From a virus, in the IMG/VR virus record IMGVR_UViG_3300036770_008028, positions 32,001 through 96,000 of that record: a stretch of DNA of 64,000 bases; one strand, 5' to 3'. The stretch's first letter is position 1. Each line of letters starts with the position of its first letter. Shown here piece by piece: positions 1 through 9,339 of the stretch. The position numbers were made by a program, and so were the translations under genes. The notes under the pieces are model-generated. The model ran no database searches, was not told the origin of the DNA, and worked only from the letters and a program-made list of their open reading frames with translations.

Positions 1-947
1 GTGACATAGATCACCTGGCCGCTGGCCACATTGGCCAGGCCATTGGCTTCGGTCACGGTATATGTGGGCAGTTGCACGCTTTGCACCGTGGCCAGATTGG
101 CCACACCAGACGGATCCACTTCAATCTTGTTCTGACCGGAATCATTGCTGATGGCCGACACTATGCTGAGTTCGGCAATAAATCTCACATCAATGATGTC
201 GCTGATCTGTGGTGCTTCGGCAAAAGTGATCACGTTGCCTGTGACAGTATAGGCTGCGCCTGGTCTCTGCACCGTGCCGTTGGTGCTGACGATCACTGCA
301 TTGGCCGTGGTAGTTTGATTCAGTGCAAACACCGCGGTGCTGCCATCTCCTGTGAGAGTCTGATCTGATATCACTGCGAGATCTTCTCCTACACCTTCCC
401 ATTCTGCACCATCATACACTTCCACGATGCCAAGGTTGGTGTTCCATCTGATAGTTCCTGTCAACGGACTTGCAGGTCTTGCAGCGGTATCGCCCACTGG
501 CAGAACCAAGCCGCTGGTGGCATCAATGATCACCAAGCTATTGCCTGAGGGTTCCAGCGTGATATTGCCCGGATCTATAGTGGGAGAAATCGTGGTGTTG
601 CTCACAGAAAGATTGCCAATGGTCACTGTGCCGTTACCAAAGATATTGTTGGCAGTGATATTGCCGATCACAGTGAGATCTGCTCCGTCCCAGGAGAGAT
701 TGGCATCAGTCACTGCCAACTGATTGCTGTCAGCATAAAAGATACCGTTGGCCGTGGACGAGGTGACGCGCACATTGGCTGCATTGGCTGTTCCTGCTAC
801 TGTAAAATCGTCACCGGGTGCAGAGGTCAGCACGCCCACACGACTGTTAGTCACATCGATAAACAGCACATTGCCTTGGATGGCCAGATTTGCTCCTCGC
901 TGGAGATTGTCCGCTAGGATATTGCCGGAGATTTTGTTTATGGCCAT
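1..947 (-). CDS. Tail fibre/virion structural protein, runs off the window start (3' end missing)
   Basis: Absent from the ORF track because it has no stop in the window. Manual translation from ATG at 947 (AAGGA SD upstream): MAINKISGNILADNLQRGANLAIQGNVLFIDVTNSRVG...LVLPVGDTAARP...GTIRWNT...TGDGSTAVF; G/T/N-rich, with fibre-type motifs shared with the next ORF. Confidence 0.8.
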   Translation of the reverse strand, partial: MAINKISGNILADNLQRGANLAIQGNVLFIDVTNSRVGVLTSAPGDDFTVAGTANAANVRVTSSTANGIFYADSNQLAVTDANLSWDGADLTVIGNITANNIFGNGTVTIGNLSVSNTTISPTIDPGNITLEPSGNSLVIIDATSGLVLPVGDTAARPASPLTGTIRWNTNLGIVEVYDGAEWEGVGEDLAVISDQTLTGDGSTAVFALNQTTTANAVIVSTNGTVQRPGAAYTVTGNVITFAEAPQISDIIDVRFIAELSIVSAISNDSGQNKIEVDPSGVANLATVQSVQLPTYTVTEANGLANVASGQVIYV

Positions 948-965
948 CTGGTGTCCTTTACCAGA

Positions 966-971
966 TATTTA
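966..971 (-). promoter_or_regulatory. T4-type late promoter box TAAATA
   Basis: ATAAATA on the minus strand upstream of the SD and ATG of the 947 gene. Confidence 0.6.
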
Positions 972-974
972 TGG

Positions 975-1373
975 TTAGGAACTGCTGTGTATCACTGAGA
1001 TTGGTTCGCCATCGGGCGGAGCCGAAGTGAAGGTGATAGTCACTGTGCCGTTCACGGTGTAGGCAGTGGTAGGATCCTGATAGATCGACCCCACAAACAC
1101 GATGATCTGCTGCGTGGAACTTTCCGCGATGCTCATGTTGAAACTGACAGTGCTGCCATCACCGGTAAATGAATCCACGGTATAATTGATAGATCCGGCC
1201 TGACTCAGTTCAACAAACTGAGTGCCATTGAAATACTCAGGGGCTGCAAGATCAGTGTTGTAGCGTATCAGCCCAAAGGTAGGAGCAGCTGGACGCGTGG
1301 CTGAACCACCTGCGGGCAGTACTACCCCAGACGATCCTGACTCCAGTTCGCGATTTTTTACCCAGTTGCCCAT
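975..1373 (-). CDS. Small virion structural/fibre-associated protein
   Basis: LPAGGSATRP...GLIRYNTD and FTGDGSTVSF...ITFTSAPP modules typical of large-myovirus fibre proteins. Confidence 0.75.
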   Translation of the reverse strand: MGNWVKNRELESGSSGVVLPAGGSATRPAAPTFGLIRYNTDLAAPEYFNGTQFVELSQAGSINYTVDSFTGDGSTVSFNMSIAESSTQQIIVFVGSIYQDPTTAYTVNGTVTITFTSAPPDGEPISVIHSSS

Positions 1374-1705
1374 TACACCGAGATCGAGCTCACGGTCACT
1401 GCGATGACATTGGCCACGTTGGCCTCTACATCAATGAAATCATTGTTGTCTAAAATCAGTTTTTCCGTAGAAATCACATAGGTATCGCCGGTTCCGGTGT
1501 TGCCTGCAGTGATCAGTAATTGATTGTAGATCAGACTGCTGTCTCCGGGTCCAGAACTGTCAGAACTGTCCACGCAGTATACATTGACCACTGCGTCTTG
1601 GTCGCCGGTGTTGCAGATATACATAACAGTGATGGCTTGCTGGCCAGCCGCTGTGAACACTGTCACTGGTTCAGTTGAGTTGATAAAAGTGTTGGTTATA
1701 GCCAT
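1373..1705 (-). CDS. Small virion structural protein (beta-rich)
   Basis: 110 aa, AAGGA SD, stop overlaps the start of the next gene, lies in the structural cluster. Confidence 0.7.
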   Translation of the reverse strand: MAITNTFINSTEPVTVFTAAGQQAITVMYICNTGDQDAVVNVYCVDSSDSSGPGDSSLIYNQLLITAGNTGTGDTYVISTEKLILDNNDFIDVEANVANVIAVTVSSISV

Positions 1706-1714
1706 TGTTGATCC

Positions 1715-2344
1715 TTAAAATATGATTCCAAAAACGATGGCTTTGGTCTTGCTGACCAGCTCATCTTCCACTGTGACGCTTTTGACATAGAGCCCAGTAC
1801 CACCCGAACCTTCCGCATTGTGATACAAGGCCACTGCATTGGCCGTGGCTGCTGGAGCCGAAGCGATGTTACCAAAAACCTGATGACCTTGCAGTGTAAC
1901 ACGACTTGTGGCCTTGTCAAACGACAGATTGGTGTTGCCGCCAAAAGATCCAGAATCGTTGAACTGAATCGTGGTATTGGCACCACCAGGCGTGACTGCT
2001 GCTCCAGTGGCTATGGGTGTCCAAGTTCCGGTAAGGCCGGTGGCATCTGTGCCGGTGCTGAGTTGCCACTCGCCCGCGGTGGCATCGTATCTTATGCCAG
2101 CGAAGGTACTGGCTGTTTCGTGAGTGAGCACACCGGAATTGGAAGCATAACTGCCGGTGTTAGATGCGTTGAGCACGATGAAAGGATCTTTGACATTGAG
2201 CTCATCTACGTTGATATAGGTTAGATTTCCTACCACATCGAGATTGCCGTTGATCACCATGGTATTGGTATTCACGACAACGTCATCGGGCGGGTTAACA
2301 GTGGTGATCACATAATCACCATCGATTCTCTTGTAGGTGGCCAT
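1715..2344 (-). CDS. Virion structural/fibre protein
   Basis: 209 aa, G/T/N-rich, GNLDVVGNLT and PGGANTTIQFNDSGSFGG fibre-like motifs; TAAATA at 2362-2367 upstream. Confidence 0.75.
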   Translation of the reverse strand: MATYKRIDGDYVITTVNPPDDVVVNTNTMVINGNLDVVGNLTYINVDELNVKDPFIVLNASNTGSYASNSGVLTHETASTFAGIRYDATAGEWQLSTGTDATGLTGTWTPIATGAAVTPGGANTTIQFNDSGSFGGNTNLSFDKATSRVTLQGHQVFGNIASAPAATANAVALYHNAEGSGGTGLYVKSVTVEDELVSKTKAIVFGIIF

Positions 2345-2929
2345 CTATAGATCCTTTGGTGTATTTATTCTGGCCACGAAGTCTGTAAAGTCAAGTTTTT
2401 GAAAGTTTGGTTGTGCCAAAAATTCCGGAATGTCAGCAGTGGTTGCGCCTATCACACGGATGAACCGCATCTGTGGGTGATCGCGCATTACGGTCACTAA
2501 CTGCCGTACCCAGTTGCCCGTGAAGGTAGGAAGGCTTCCAATTTTTTTATAGTGCTGGGTATCTGCATACACATTGTTAAATTGTCCTTGCTCATTGGGT
2601 CCCATGTCAAACCCCAGCAAGTAGACGGGATTGTTGTGATCCTGTGCTGCGATGGCCACAGCTATAGGACCCGAACTGAATCCAAAATATGGTTTAGGCA
2701 CCGGGTGTGCACCAAGATTGGCCATAGGGCGCCGGGTATAGAATCTGTTGCGGGCGCTGTATCCACTTTCCTGTATTTCCGTAGCTATGGGGCGATCAGT
2801 AGCCACTAGAGCCGTGACGGTGTGTGTGCGATACAAGGCGTTGCACCCATATACAGGACCCAGATCTTGCAAACGATCAACATCTATAGTGGCACGGCTC
2901 ACGCCATTGCCCAGTACAAAAGCAGCCAT
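2345..2929 (-). CDS. MptE/DUF115-like (Maf/CstII-type Rossmann fold) transferase-like protein
   Basis: N-terminal FVLGNGVSR, YGCNALYR, FSSGPIAVAIA and VYLLGFDM motifs. Confidence 0.6.
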   Translation of the reverse strand: MAAFVLGNGVSRATIDVDRLQDLGPVYGCNALYRTHTVTALVATDRPIATEIQESGYSARNRFYTRRPMANLGAHPVPKPYFGFSSGPIAVAIAAQDHNNPVYLLGFDMGPNEQGQFNNVYADTQHYKKIGSLPTFTGNWVRQLVTVMRDHPQMRFIRVIGATTADIPEFLAQPNFQKLDFTDFVARINTPKDL

Positions 2930-2961
2930 AAAAAATCCTCCCTGTATGTAGCAGGGAGGAT
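2930..2961 (-). terminator. Intrinsic terminator whose 3' arm contains the SD of the downstream gene
   Basis: 10-bp stem ATCCTCCCTG/CAGGGAGGAT (2935-2961) followed on the minus strand by a T-run and then ATG. Confidence 0.65.
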
Positions 2962-2977
2962 CCAGAGCTGGCAGAGA

Positions 2978-3667
2978 TTACGATGTGTAGTTTTCTGCGA
3001 TGGCCAGGGCCACGGTCTGTCCAATGGTACCAGATTTGATCTCTGTACCTTCGTCTGTGAAGAAGTTCACAAGATAGCGCACCGGCGGTGTAGAATAGTC
3101 CAGAGCAAACTTGTTGGTGAGCTTTGACACCAGGATGTCTGTGGAGTCACCGTTGAAGATAGCAATGTTCATGTTGCCCTGTGTGAGCGCGCCTGTGGCT
3201 TCGTTGGCCAAGGTGCACACACCCACTTCAAACGCTGTGCCAGTGCCTGCTCCCACAGCTCGGCAAGTGAAGATGTCGCCGGCCGAAGGATTTACACCAG
3301 CGCCAGAAGATACCCAATCTGTGGTGCCCACAGTGGCTATGATGTAGGTGCGTCCTACTACCATATCTTCATCGTTAACGCTTGTAGTGTCAGCTACCAG
3401 ATACTGCTTGCTGCCTTTTTGTGTGATGATGAAACCAGGGGCTTCAGCGGAACCTGGGCCACCAGAGGGCAGGAATACCTGCACCCTAAGCACAGGATTG
3501 GCCGATGTGGCTACGGATCCACCGCCGATGGCATTGGCACCGCCCACTACGCCAATGAACTGGCTAGTGTTCAGTGTTTCTGGATAAACTGGTGACTCCA
3601 GTTGACCCAGCACAGGAAAACCAATGTCTTTGGTTGTGGTTTTTTTGATCTTGAGAGGACGTCCCAT
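2978..3667 (-). CDS. Virion structural protein, possible head decoration (MGRPLKIKK...)
   Basis: Start reassigned to ATG 3667 with TAGGAG SD; the longer track ORF overlaps the upstream gene; lies downstream of the major capsid gene. Confidence 0.75.
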   Translation of the reverse strand: MGRPLKIKKTTTKDIGFPVLGQLESPVYPETLNTSQFIGVVGGANAIGGGSVATSANPVLRVQVFLPSGGPGSAEAPGFIITQKGSKQYLVADTTSVNDEDMVVGRTYIIATVGTTDWVSSGAGVNPSAGDIFTCRAVGAGTGTAFEVGVCTLANEATGALTQGNMNIAIFNGDSTDILVSKLTNKFALDYSTPPVRYLVNFFTDEGTEIKSGTIGQTVALAIAENYTS

Positions 3668-3679
3668 TTGTTTTCTCCT

Positions 3680-3764
3680 ATAAAGAAGTCCGATCGGAGT
3701 TCTAGTCCGTACGCGGTGGGGTTTAATCTCCGCATAAGACACAGATCGTGTCAACAGATATTTA
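3680..3764 (-). promoter_or_regulatory. Late promoter plus structured 5' leader (candidate cis-regulatory RNA)
   Basis: TAAATA at 3759-3764, then hairpins TATGCGG/CCGCGTA and CGGA-CTAGAAC-TCCG just before the SD. Confidence 0.5.
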
Positions 3765-4367
3765 GTCGATCTGCCAGGATTTTGAGTAGGTGTAGACCCA
3801 AGCGGGCCGGGCAGTGCTGTTGCTGACGAACAGACGGTTTGAATTATCAGTGCGCACGGTATGACGACATCTGCAGAAAAATTCATGCGTGCTGAAAGTG
3901 TCCAGCGCACCACCCGACACGGCCGCACCCTGGATGCGATAAGTTACCAGAGGTGTGGTGGCTAGGCTCAAGAGATAAGGATCCATCGTGCGGCTACCTT
4001 GATCAGTTTCAGTGGCGCCCGTGTATTCCACGCCAATGCTTTCATAACTGTTGGAGTTGGGTCGACGAGTGACCTGCCACTGTCCTCTGACTTCGATGCG
4101 GCATCGATCTGCGCCGTAAGTGACGCCAGTGCTGGGATCAGTGTAGGCTGTGAGAGAGTTACCAATGTCGGCGATGGTCCAATTTTGAGCACGCACCGCC
4201 AGTGTCCCGGATTCCGTGGGTGCGGGATGATAAAGACTGACCCCAAAGGTAGCACCATCATTGTATCCTGCTTGGCTAAAGCGCCAAAGACCTGATTCTG
4301 TAGTCTCTAGACCGGTGCTGACCGTGAGTTCAGACTGACCCGAGAAGGGAGTGATGAAAGTGGGCAT
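3762..4367 (-). CDS. Hypothetical protein (late gene)
   Basis: 201-aa ORF co-oriented with its neighbours; TAAATA 4 nt before the ATG. Confidence 0.65.
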   Translation of the reverse strand: MPTFITPFSGQSELTVSTGLETTESGLWRFSQAGYNDGATFGVSLYHPAPTESGTLAVRAQNWTIADIGNSLTAYTDPSTGVTYGADRCRIEVRGQWQVTRRPNSNSYESIGVEYTGATETDQGSRTMDPYLLSLATTPLVTYRIQGAAVSGGALDTFSTHEFFCRCRHTVRTDNSNRLFVSNSTARPAWVYTYSKSWQID

Positions 4368-4385
4368 CCAGTATTTACCGCGGGG

Positions 4386-4661
4386 TCAGTGGTCAAACCG
4401 ATCACGGTCCTCGGCTTCGCTGTGCGTGATCACTTCCTGGATGAGTTCTTCTGTGGTCCAACCAGAATTTGAAAGCGTAGCAATCGCATCAACAAATAGA
4501 GTGAATACCGCCGCAGTGTAATCAAAATCCACTTCCTGGCCTTCTAGTGCATAGAGTTGTTCCAGTGCCGCACGGGCGCGTTCGGTGCTTTTATTGATGC
4601 TGAATGTGTAGATGGTGCCGTCTTCCAGCACTTCGGTACAGCGATCTGGATCTGTGTTCAT
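4386..4661 (-). CDS. Hypothetical acidic protein
   Basis: 91 aa, ATGA overlap with the HNH gene stop, AAGGA SD. Confidence 0.6.
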   Translation of the reverse strand: MNTDPDRCTEVLEDGTIYTFSINKSTERARAALEQLYALEGQEVDFDYTAAVFTLFVDAIATLSNSGWTTEELIQEVITHSEAEDRDRFDH

Positions 4662-5425
4662 GACGTTCCTTTCAGGGTTCGACAGTTGGTGCCGTGCCAG
4701 CGGGGGTAGGTGTTGACAGCGATCATTTTCTGGCAGTGGGGGCAGAGCTGTTTGGGTTTGACCTTGCCCTTATTGGCTTCAGCACGCCGCGCTTTTTCTT
4801 CGTCGGTCTGTTTACGACCACGTATGCGGTCTCCGATCTTCTGGCGTGTTGATTCTAAAACTTCTACACCCCAACGATTATTCTTTTCTCTAGTCTTGCT
4901 TTTAGACATGTTAGCAAGCCATTCTTCACTGAATGGTGCTCGCTTTTTACCTTTTTTGCTGTTGGTGATTTTTTGTCTTGCTTCTTCCTGCTTGGCTCCA
5001 TTGTTTTCGCCGAGTATGGCTTCTCGTTGGCGCTGTTTGCCCTCTTCGCTGCGAAAGAACTTATCACCATACATTGGATTATTTTCACCTCGAACTTTTT
5101 CACTTTGTAATTTTGAGTATTCTAACTTGATGCTTTCATATACACGAGAGGTAATTTTTGTTTTGTATCTTTTTTGTCCGGGATTGTCAGCTCTCATCAT
5201 ACGGAGAGCATTCAGCATCTTATAATGGTCTTCTCCTGTAGTCATTTTAATCAACAACCAATGGCAGATAAAATGCTCTCGGGGTGTGATAAATGCGATG
5301 TTTTCTTTGTCATCTGTACCACCAAGACTGCGTGGTTTAATATGGTGTCGTTCAAAAGGTGGTTCAAGGACCCTGTCTTTAGCCCGATCTATAATTTGAT
5401 TGTACCATTTGGTGTATTTGTTCAT
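4658..5425 (-). CDS. Free-standing HNH homing endonuclease with NUMOD3 repeats
   Basis: ERHHIKPRSLGGTDDKENIAFITPREHFICH HNH core; GENNPMYG, KKGKKR and RGRKQTDE NUMOD3-like basic repeats; C-terminal CPHC; AT-rich; start set at ATG 5425, 5 nt after TAAATA. Confidence 0.85.
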   Translation of the reverse strand: MNKYTKWYNQIIDRAKDRVLEPPFERHHIKPRSLGGTDDKENIAFITPREHFICHWLLIKMTTGEDHYKMLNALRMMRADNPGQKRYKTKITSRVYESIKLEYSKLQSEKVRGENNPMYGDKFFRSEEGKQRQREAILGENNGAKQEEARQKITNSKKGKKRAPFSEEWLANMSKSKTREKNNRWGVEVLESTRQKIGDRIRGRKQTDEEKARRAEANKGKVKPKQLCPHCQKMIAVNTYPRWHGTNCRTLKGTS

Positions 5426-5469
5426 AGTGTTATTTATGTAAGTTAGCACGAAATAACAATTTAGTCAAC

Positions 5470-5495
5470 AAAAAACCCACCGAGGTGGGTTTTTT
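5470..5495. terminator. Intrinsic terminator (bidirectional form) after the major capsid gene
   Basis: AAAAAACCCAC-CGAG-GTGGGTTTTTT perfect inverted repeat. Confidence 0.85.
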
Positions 5496-5519
5496 GATTT
5501 GGTCCAACAAGTTCTCGGT

Positions 5520-6731
5520 TTAGGAGAATGACAAATTGCTTACGGCTATCTCCCCGACATAGTCGCCGGCGTTGCCGAACGAACTCGCGGTGTTTGTCAA
5601 TTCTATGTAGCCATACCTCGTCATAAAGCTGACCACTGGTTCGAACGTTGTGGGATCCAGCACAACACCAGAACTCATCAAAGGAATGTAAGGGCAGTAG
5701 AACGCAGCAGCGTCAGCCTCTGACGAACCTTTGTAGCCAACCAGCACAGGTGTGCTATCGCTGGCATAAGAGTCAACGAACACACGCATCGCGCCGTTCA
5801 GTGTACCAACAAACTTGGTGTTGGTGGGTGCTTCGAACGTACCTTCTGTGGTACGAGCAAAAGCGGATGTTGTTGCGGACTGGAGCACAGTCAACGAAGC
5901 AGGCGAAACAACTGCCCAGTTACCAGCACCGCGACGTGTGCGCTGTGCGATCAGGTTAGCAACACGGTTGATCAGAACTGCCAGGGCGGCATGCTCGTCA
6001 CCAACGAATGTGGCTGTACCAGAAACGGTAGCTTGGTTGTATGTGAACTCGGTCTGGGCCAAGCTGCGGAGGCTCAAGAGGATCTCTTGATCGATCTCAG
6101 CAGTGATTTCTTGGGCCAGGGCTGCCATGATTTCGGCCTCAACGTCAATGCCATGCATGGCTTGTGCGTCTTGAGCGGCTTCAAATGTCCAGCGAGCCTG
6201 GAGTTTACGTGTTTTTGCTTCCACAGCCTGCTTCAGGATCTGTACGGAGATCTGACGACCGCCAGTACCTTCCATGATAGCAGTGTCAGCACCAGTGTAA
6301 CGGCTCTGGGTGGTTCCAACTGTACCAGAAGTCACAGAACTAGCAGACGAGTACGCTGTAGCGATCTTGAATGGGCTCAGTGCTTCTTCACCTGCTGTGG
6401 TGCTTGTGGCAGCAGCAGAGTTGTCAGTCATGTTGTTGGCATAACGCACACGCAGGGTGTGGATCTGACCAACGGGACCTGTCATGGGCTGCACACCGAC
6501 GATTTCGTTGGCGATAACAGTGGGCATGACACGTCGGATCACTGGCAGGATCACGCGGTTGAGTGTAGCGATGTTGCCGCTAACAGTTGATCCAGCACTG
6601 GCGTTCTCTTTGAGGTACTTGCGAGTGTTTTCCAGGATCACATTCATGGAGTTGCGACGGTTGCCTTTGAGGCCTTCAAGGAGGGCTTCTTTGGTTTCGT
6701 CCCAACGGCTTTCTAACAGTTCTTGTGACAT
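5520..6731 (-). CDS. gp23: Major capsid protein (T4 gp23 family)
   Basis: GVQPMTGPVGQI, AKTRKLQARWTFEAAQD, EITAEIDQEI, IAQRTRRGAGN, FYCPYIPL and TRYG motifs. Confidence 0.97.
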   Translation of the reverse strand: MSQELLESRWDETKEALLEGLKGNRRNSMNVILENTRKYLKENASAGSTVSGNIATLNRVILPVIRRVMPTVIANEIVGVQPMTGPVGQIHTLRVRYANNMTDNSAAATSTTAGEEALSPFKIATAYSSASSVTSGTVGTTQSRYTGADTAIMEGTGGRQISVQILKQAVEAKTRKLQARWTFEAAQDAQAMHGIDVEAEIMAALAQEITAEIDQEILLSLRSLAQTEFTYNQATVSGTATFVGDEHAALAVLINRVANLIAQRTRRGAGNWAVVSPASLTVLQSATTSAFARTTEGTFEAPTNTKFVGTLNGAMRVFVDSYASDSTPVLVGYKGSSEADAAAFYCPYIPLMSSGVVLDPTTFEPVVSFMTRYGYIELTNTASSFGNAGDYVGEIAVSNLSFS

Positions 6732-6752
6732 TTAAGTCTCCTTATGTTGCTG

Positions 6753-7841
6753 TTATAGACCTGCCAGGCGCTTGATGTCGATCACGTTGGAACGGTCTTC
6801 TTCTTGCGGCTTGACGGTTTTATCACCAGTTACTACGCTTACAGACTCAGCGATCACTTGACGGGCTTTCGCTGTTTTGCCTTCGGCTAGCACTGCTGGT
6901 AGATACTTCTCAAAAGCGTTTTTCAGACGTGCTGTCTGTACGCTTTCCAAGAGATTCTTCATGATCTCGCGCTTGTCCTCATTGAGGGGCGCTAGGAGTT
7001 CTTCCATCGTGTTGGCACGCTGGTTGTTCTCGCGGATCTGACGGATCTCACGCTCTTTGGATTCAACGAGTACTGCTTTTTCCTCGGCGACCCGGGTGGC
7101 TTCTGCCAACTGCTGATTTTTAGCCTCGATGGCCTGGCGCAGTTTGCGGACTTCGGCGTTTTCATTGAGATGAGTAGCGCCAAATTCTGCTGCGTAGGCT
7201 TCGAAAATACGACGACCAAAATTGTTCTCGCGAGCGATCTTGATGTCTTCATGCAGTTGTGAGAGTTCGGCCTTGAGATGCTTGCTAACAGATTGGGTCA
7301 TCTTGACAGCAGACTCTTTGACGAATCTGGCTTTCAATGACTCGAGTTTGCCACGGGCTTCGCTGACCAGGCGTACTTTGGTTTCCACCAAATCACGTTT
7401 GTCCTGAGCAAATTCCATGATCTCTTCAGCAAGAGCACGTACAACAAATTTTTCCAATTTCTGGAGTCCTTCGTTGTGCTGCTTGCGATCTCGGCGCAGT
7501 TCGCCAATCTCTTCAGCAAGTTTGGTCACCATGAAGTCGTTGAACTTCGTGGCAGACTCTTTCATCTTGCCTTGGAACTTGACTCGATCTTCGGCCAGGG
7601 CTTGCCGTTCGGCAGCCACAGCAGAGATTTCTGCGTTGAGACCTTCTGTTACCATGCGATCCAGGGCTTCCACCATTACTGATTTGTCATGCTCATAGCG
7701 TTGTGCAAACTCTTCACGGAGTTCTGCACGCACCTGTTCACGAGCTTCGGTCATCTTGGCTTCCCAAGCTTCCGAGATCTCCTTGCGGGTATCCTCGTTG
7801 ATCAGATCGCTATCTAGTAGTGGTTTGAGTGCATCTAACAT
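6753..7841 (-). CDS. gp22: Prohead scaffolding protein (T4 gp22-like)
   Basis: Long E/K/R-rich coiled coil, FGRRIFEAYAAEF motif, position between protease and capsid genes. Confidence 0.85.
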   Translation of the reverse strand: MLDALKPLLDSDLINEDTRKEISEAWEAKMTEAREQVRAELREEFAQRYEHDKSVMVEALDRMVTEGLNAEISAVAAERQALAEDRVKFQGKMKESATKFNDFMVTKLAEEIGELRRDRKQHNEGLQKLEKFVVRALAEEIMEFAQDKRDLVETKVRLVSEARGKLESLKARFVKESAVKMTQSVSKHLKAELSQLHEDIKIARENNFGRRIFEAYAAEFGATHLNENAEVRKLRQAIEAKNQQLAEATRVAEEKAVLVESKEREIRQIRENNQRANTMEELLAPLNEDKREIMKNLLESVQTARLKNAFEKYLPAVLAEGKTAKARQVIAESVSVVTGDKTVKPQEEDRSNVIDIKRLAGL

Positions 7842-7850
7842 GCGTTTCTC

Positions 7851-8474
7851 CTAGATTTTGAGATCTTTGATGAGTTTCATTACTTCACTCTTCAAGTATC
7901 TCTGTACTTTGTTGTCTCCCCCAGCTTCCTTGGCCATTTCAAAAACTTTATGACCATATTTCATGTTCATAAGACTTTCGTAAATTGCTTTGGGATATGC
8001 GTTGGGCGCACTGGGTTGGGCAACAACATCGACAGTGACTATTTCAAAGTCACTGACATGTCCGTTAGCCTCGTTAACGTTTCCGCTACCGCGGCTTGAA
8101 ACTCCTAATTTTACACCTGATTCCAACATGGTCTTGACCAGTTGACCCATGGGTGTGGGCAGAATCTTTAATTTTCCAAAACCGTTAGGGCCATCCATCC
8201 ACATTTCTGTGATCATATGGCTCACACGGTCAAGATTGACTTTGAGATCATCGGGATGATCTACTTCACCAAGCACAGAGTATCCCGACGTGATCTGTTC
8301 GTTCAGTGTTTTCACAGCACGCTCGATCTCGTTCACAGGATACACACGCTCATTGGCATTCTTGACACCACCTTGGATGCAGATGCCTTTCATGTAGAGA
8401 TCCTTACCTTCGGTGCCTTCCACCACTATGCGGGCAGCATCAAAAGTAAGGTTTTCTCTGAGGTAAAGAGCCAT
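7851..8474 (-). CDS. gp21: Prohead core protease (T4 gp21)
   Basis: NANERVYP, LGEVDHP, VSHMI, LPTPMG, GVSSRGSG, DVVAQPSAPNA. Confidence 0.95.
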   Translation of the reverse strand: MALYLRENLTFDAARIVVEGTEGKDLYMKGICIQGGVKNANERVYPVNEIERAVKTLNEQITSGYSVLGEVDHPDDLKVNLDRVSHMITEMWMDGPNGFGKLKILPTPMGQLVKTMLESGVKLGVSSRGSGNVNEANGHVSDFEIVTVDVVAQPSAPNAYPKAIYESLMNMKYGHKVFEMAKEAGGDNKVQRYLKSEVMKLIKDLKI

Positions 8475-8487
8475 TTACCTGTGGTCC

Positions 8488-9339
8488 TTATTGGCCGGGC
8501 AGGGGTGATTTGACATTCACGCCGGTGGCCTGAGCCAAGTGAGGTTTTGTAGCAGGTTTCACATCGGGCTGCATGGTCATGTTCATATCTTGTGCTTTGG
8601 GCGCAGGACGACCTTTGGCTTCTCCGCCTTGATCAAGATTTGTGGGCTTGGCCACAGCACCGCGTGCACCTGAATCCACTGCGTACACGGCTTTCTTGTT
8701 CACGGAACCTTCTTCTGCAGTGACGGGCTTGGGAGCAGCTTTGAGTTCCACTGCTTCTTCCATGCTCATTTTCATGCCGTGCATGCCTTCGGTTTCCATT
8801 TCGTCGTCTACCACTTCTTCGGCATCCATGTCAGGCGTGTCCATGTCCATGTCTACTTCCATGTCCATTTCATCTTCGCCTTTGTCGTCGCCCATCAGGG
8901 ATTCAAATTCAGCCATGAGTTCGTCGAGTTTGTCTTCGAGATCGACTACGCGATCTTCCAGTTCCTCGTTACTGCCTATGTCCTCGTGATGGTCATCTTC
9001 GTCGTCGCCTTCGAAAGAAAGACCTTCTTCTTCCACTTCAATGTCGTCGATGAGGTCATCTGCTTGGTCGCCGCCCAGTTCGTCCATGGCTTCGTGCATT
9101 TTGCGCTCTTTGCGATCACGCTTGTCATCGTACTCGATGTCTTTGGTGACTTTACGGCCGGCTTTTTCAGCCTTCTCGTCTTCTTGATCAGTAGACTCGG
9201 CTTCTTCGATGGTTTCTTCTTCCATCATCTCTTCATAGATCTGACGGCTTTTTTCCACAACGATGTCGTGAAAAAGCTCGCGGGCTTTTGCCTCTTCGTC
9301 ATTGATCACATATTCGATCAGTTGTTCAAATTTGTTCAT
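8488..9339 (-). CDS. Acidic prohead core protein (gp67/gp68 position)
   Basis: Very D/E-rich, between portal and protease; start at ATG 9339 with GGAGG SD; TAAATA at 9370-9375. Confidence 0.75.
   Translation of the reverse strand: MNKFEQLIEYVINDEEAKARELFHDIVVEKSRQIYEEMMEEETIEEAESTDQEDEKAEKAGRKVTKDIEYDDKRDRKERKMHEAMDELGGDQADDLIDDIEVEEEGLSFEGDDEDDHHEDIGSNEELEDRVVDLEDKLDELMAEFESLMGDDKGEDEMDMEVDMDMDTPDMDAEEVVDDEMETEGMHGMKMSMEEAVELKAAPKPVTAEEGSVNKKAVYAVDSGARGAVAKPTNLDQGGEAKGRPAPKAQDMNMTMQPDVKPATKPHLAQATGVNVKSPLPGQ

Noticed and set aside
3668-3928. N-terminal extension of the 316-aa track ORF
   Set aside because: Overlaps the upstream gene and the promoter/leader; the strong SD supports ATG 3667
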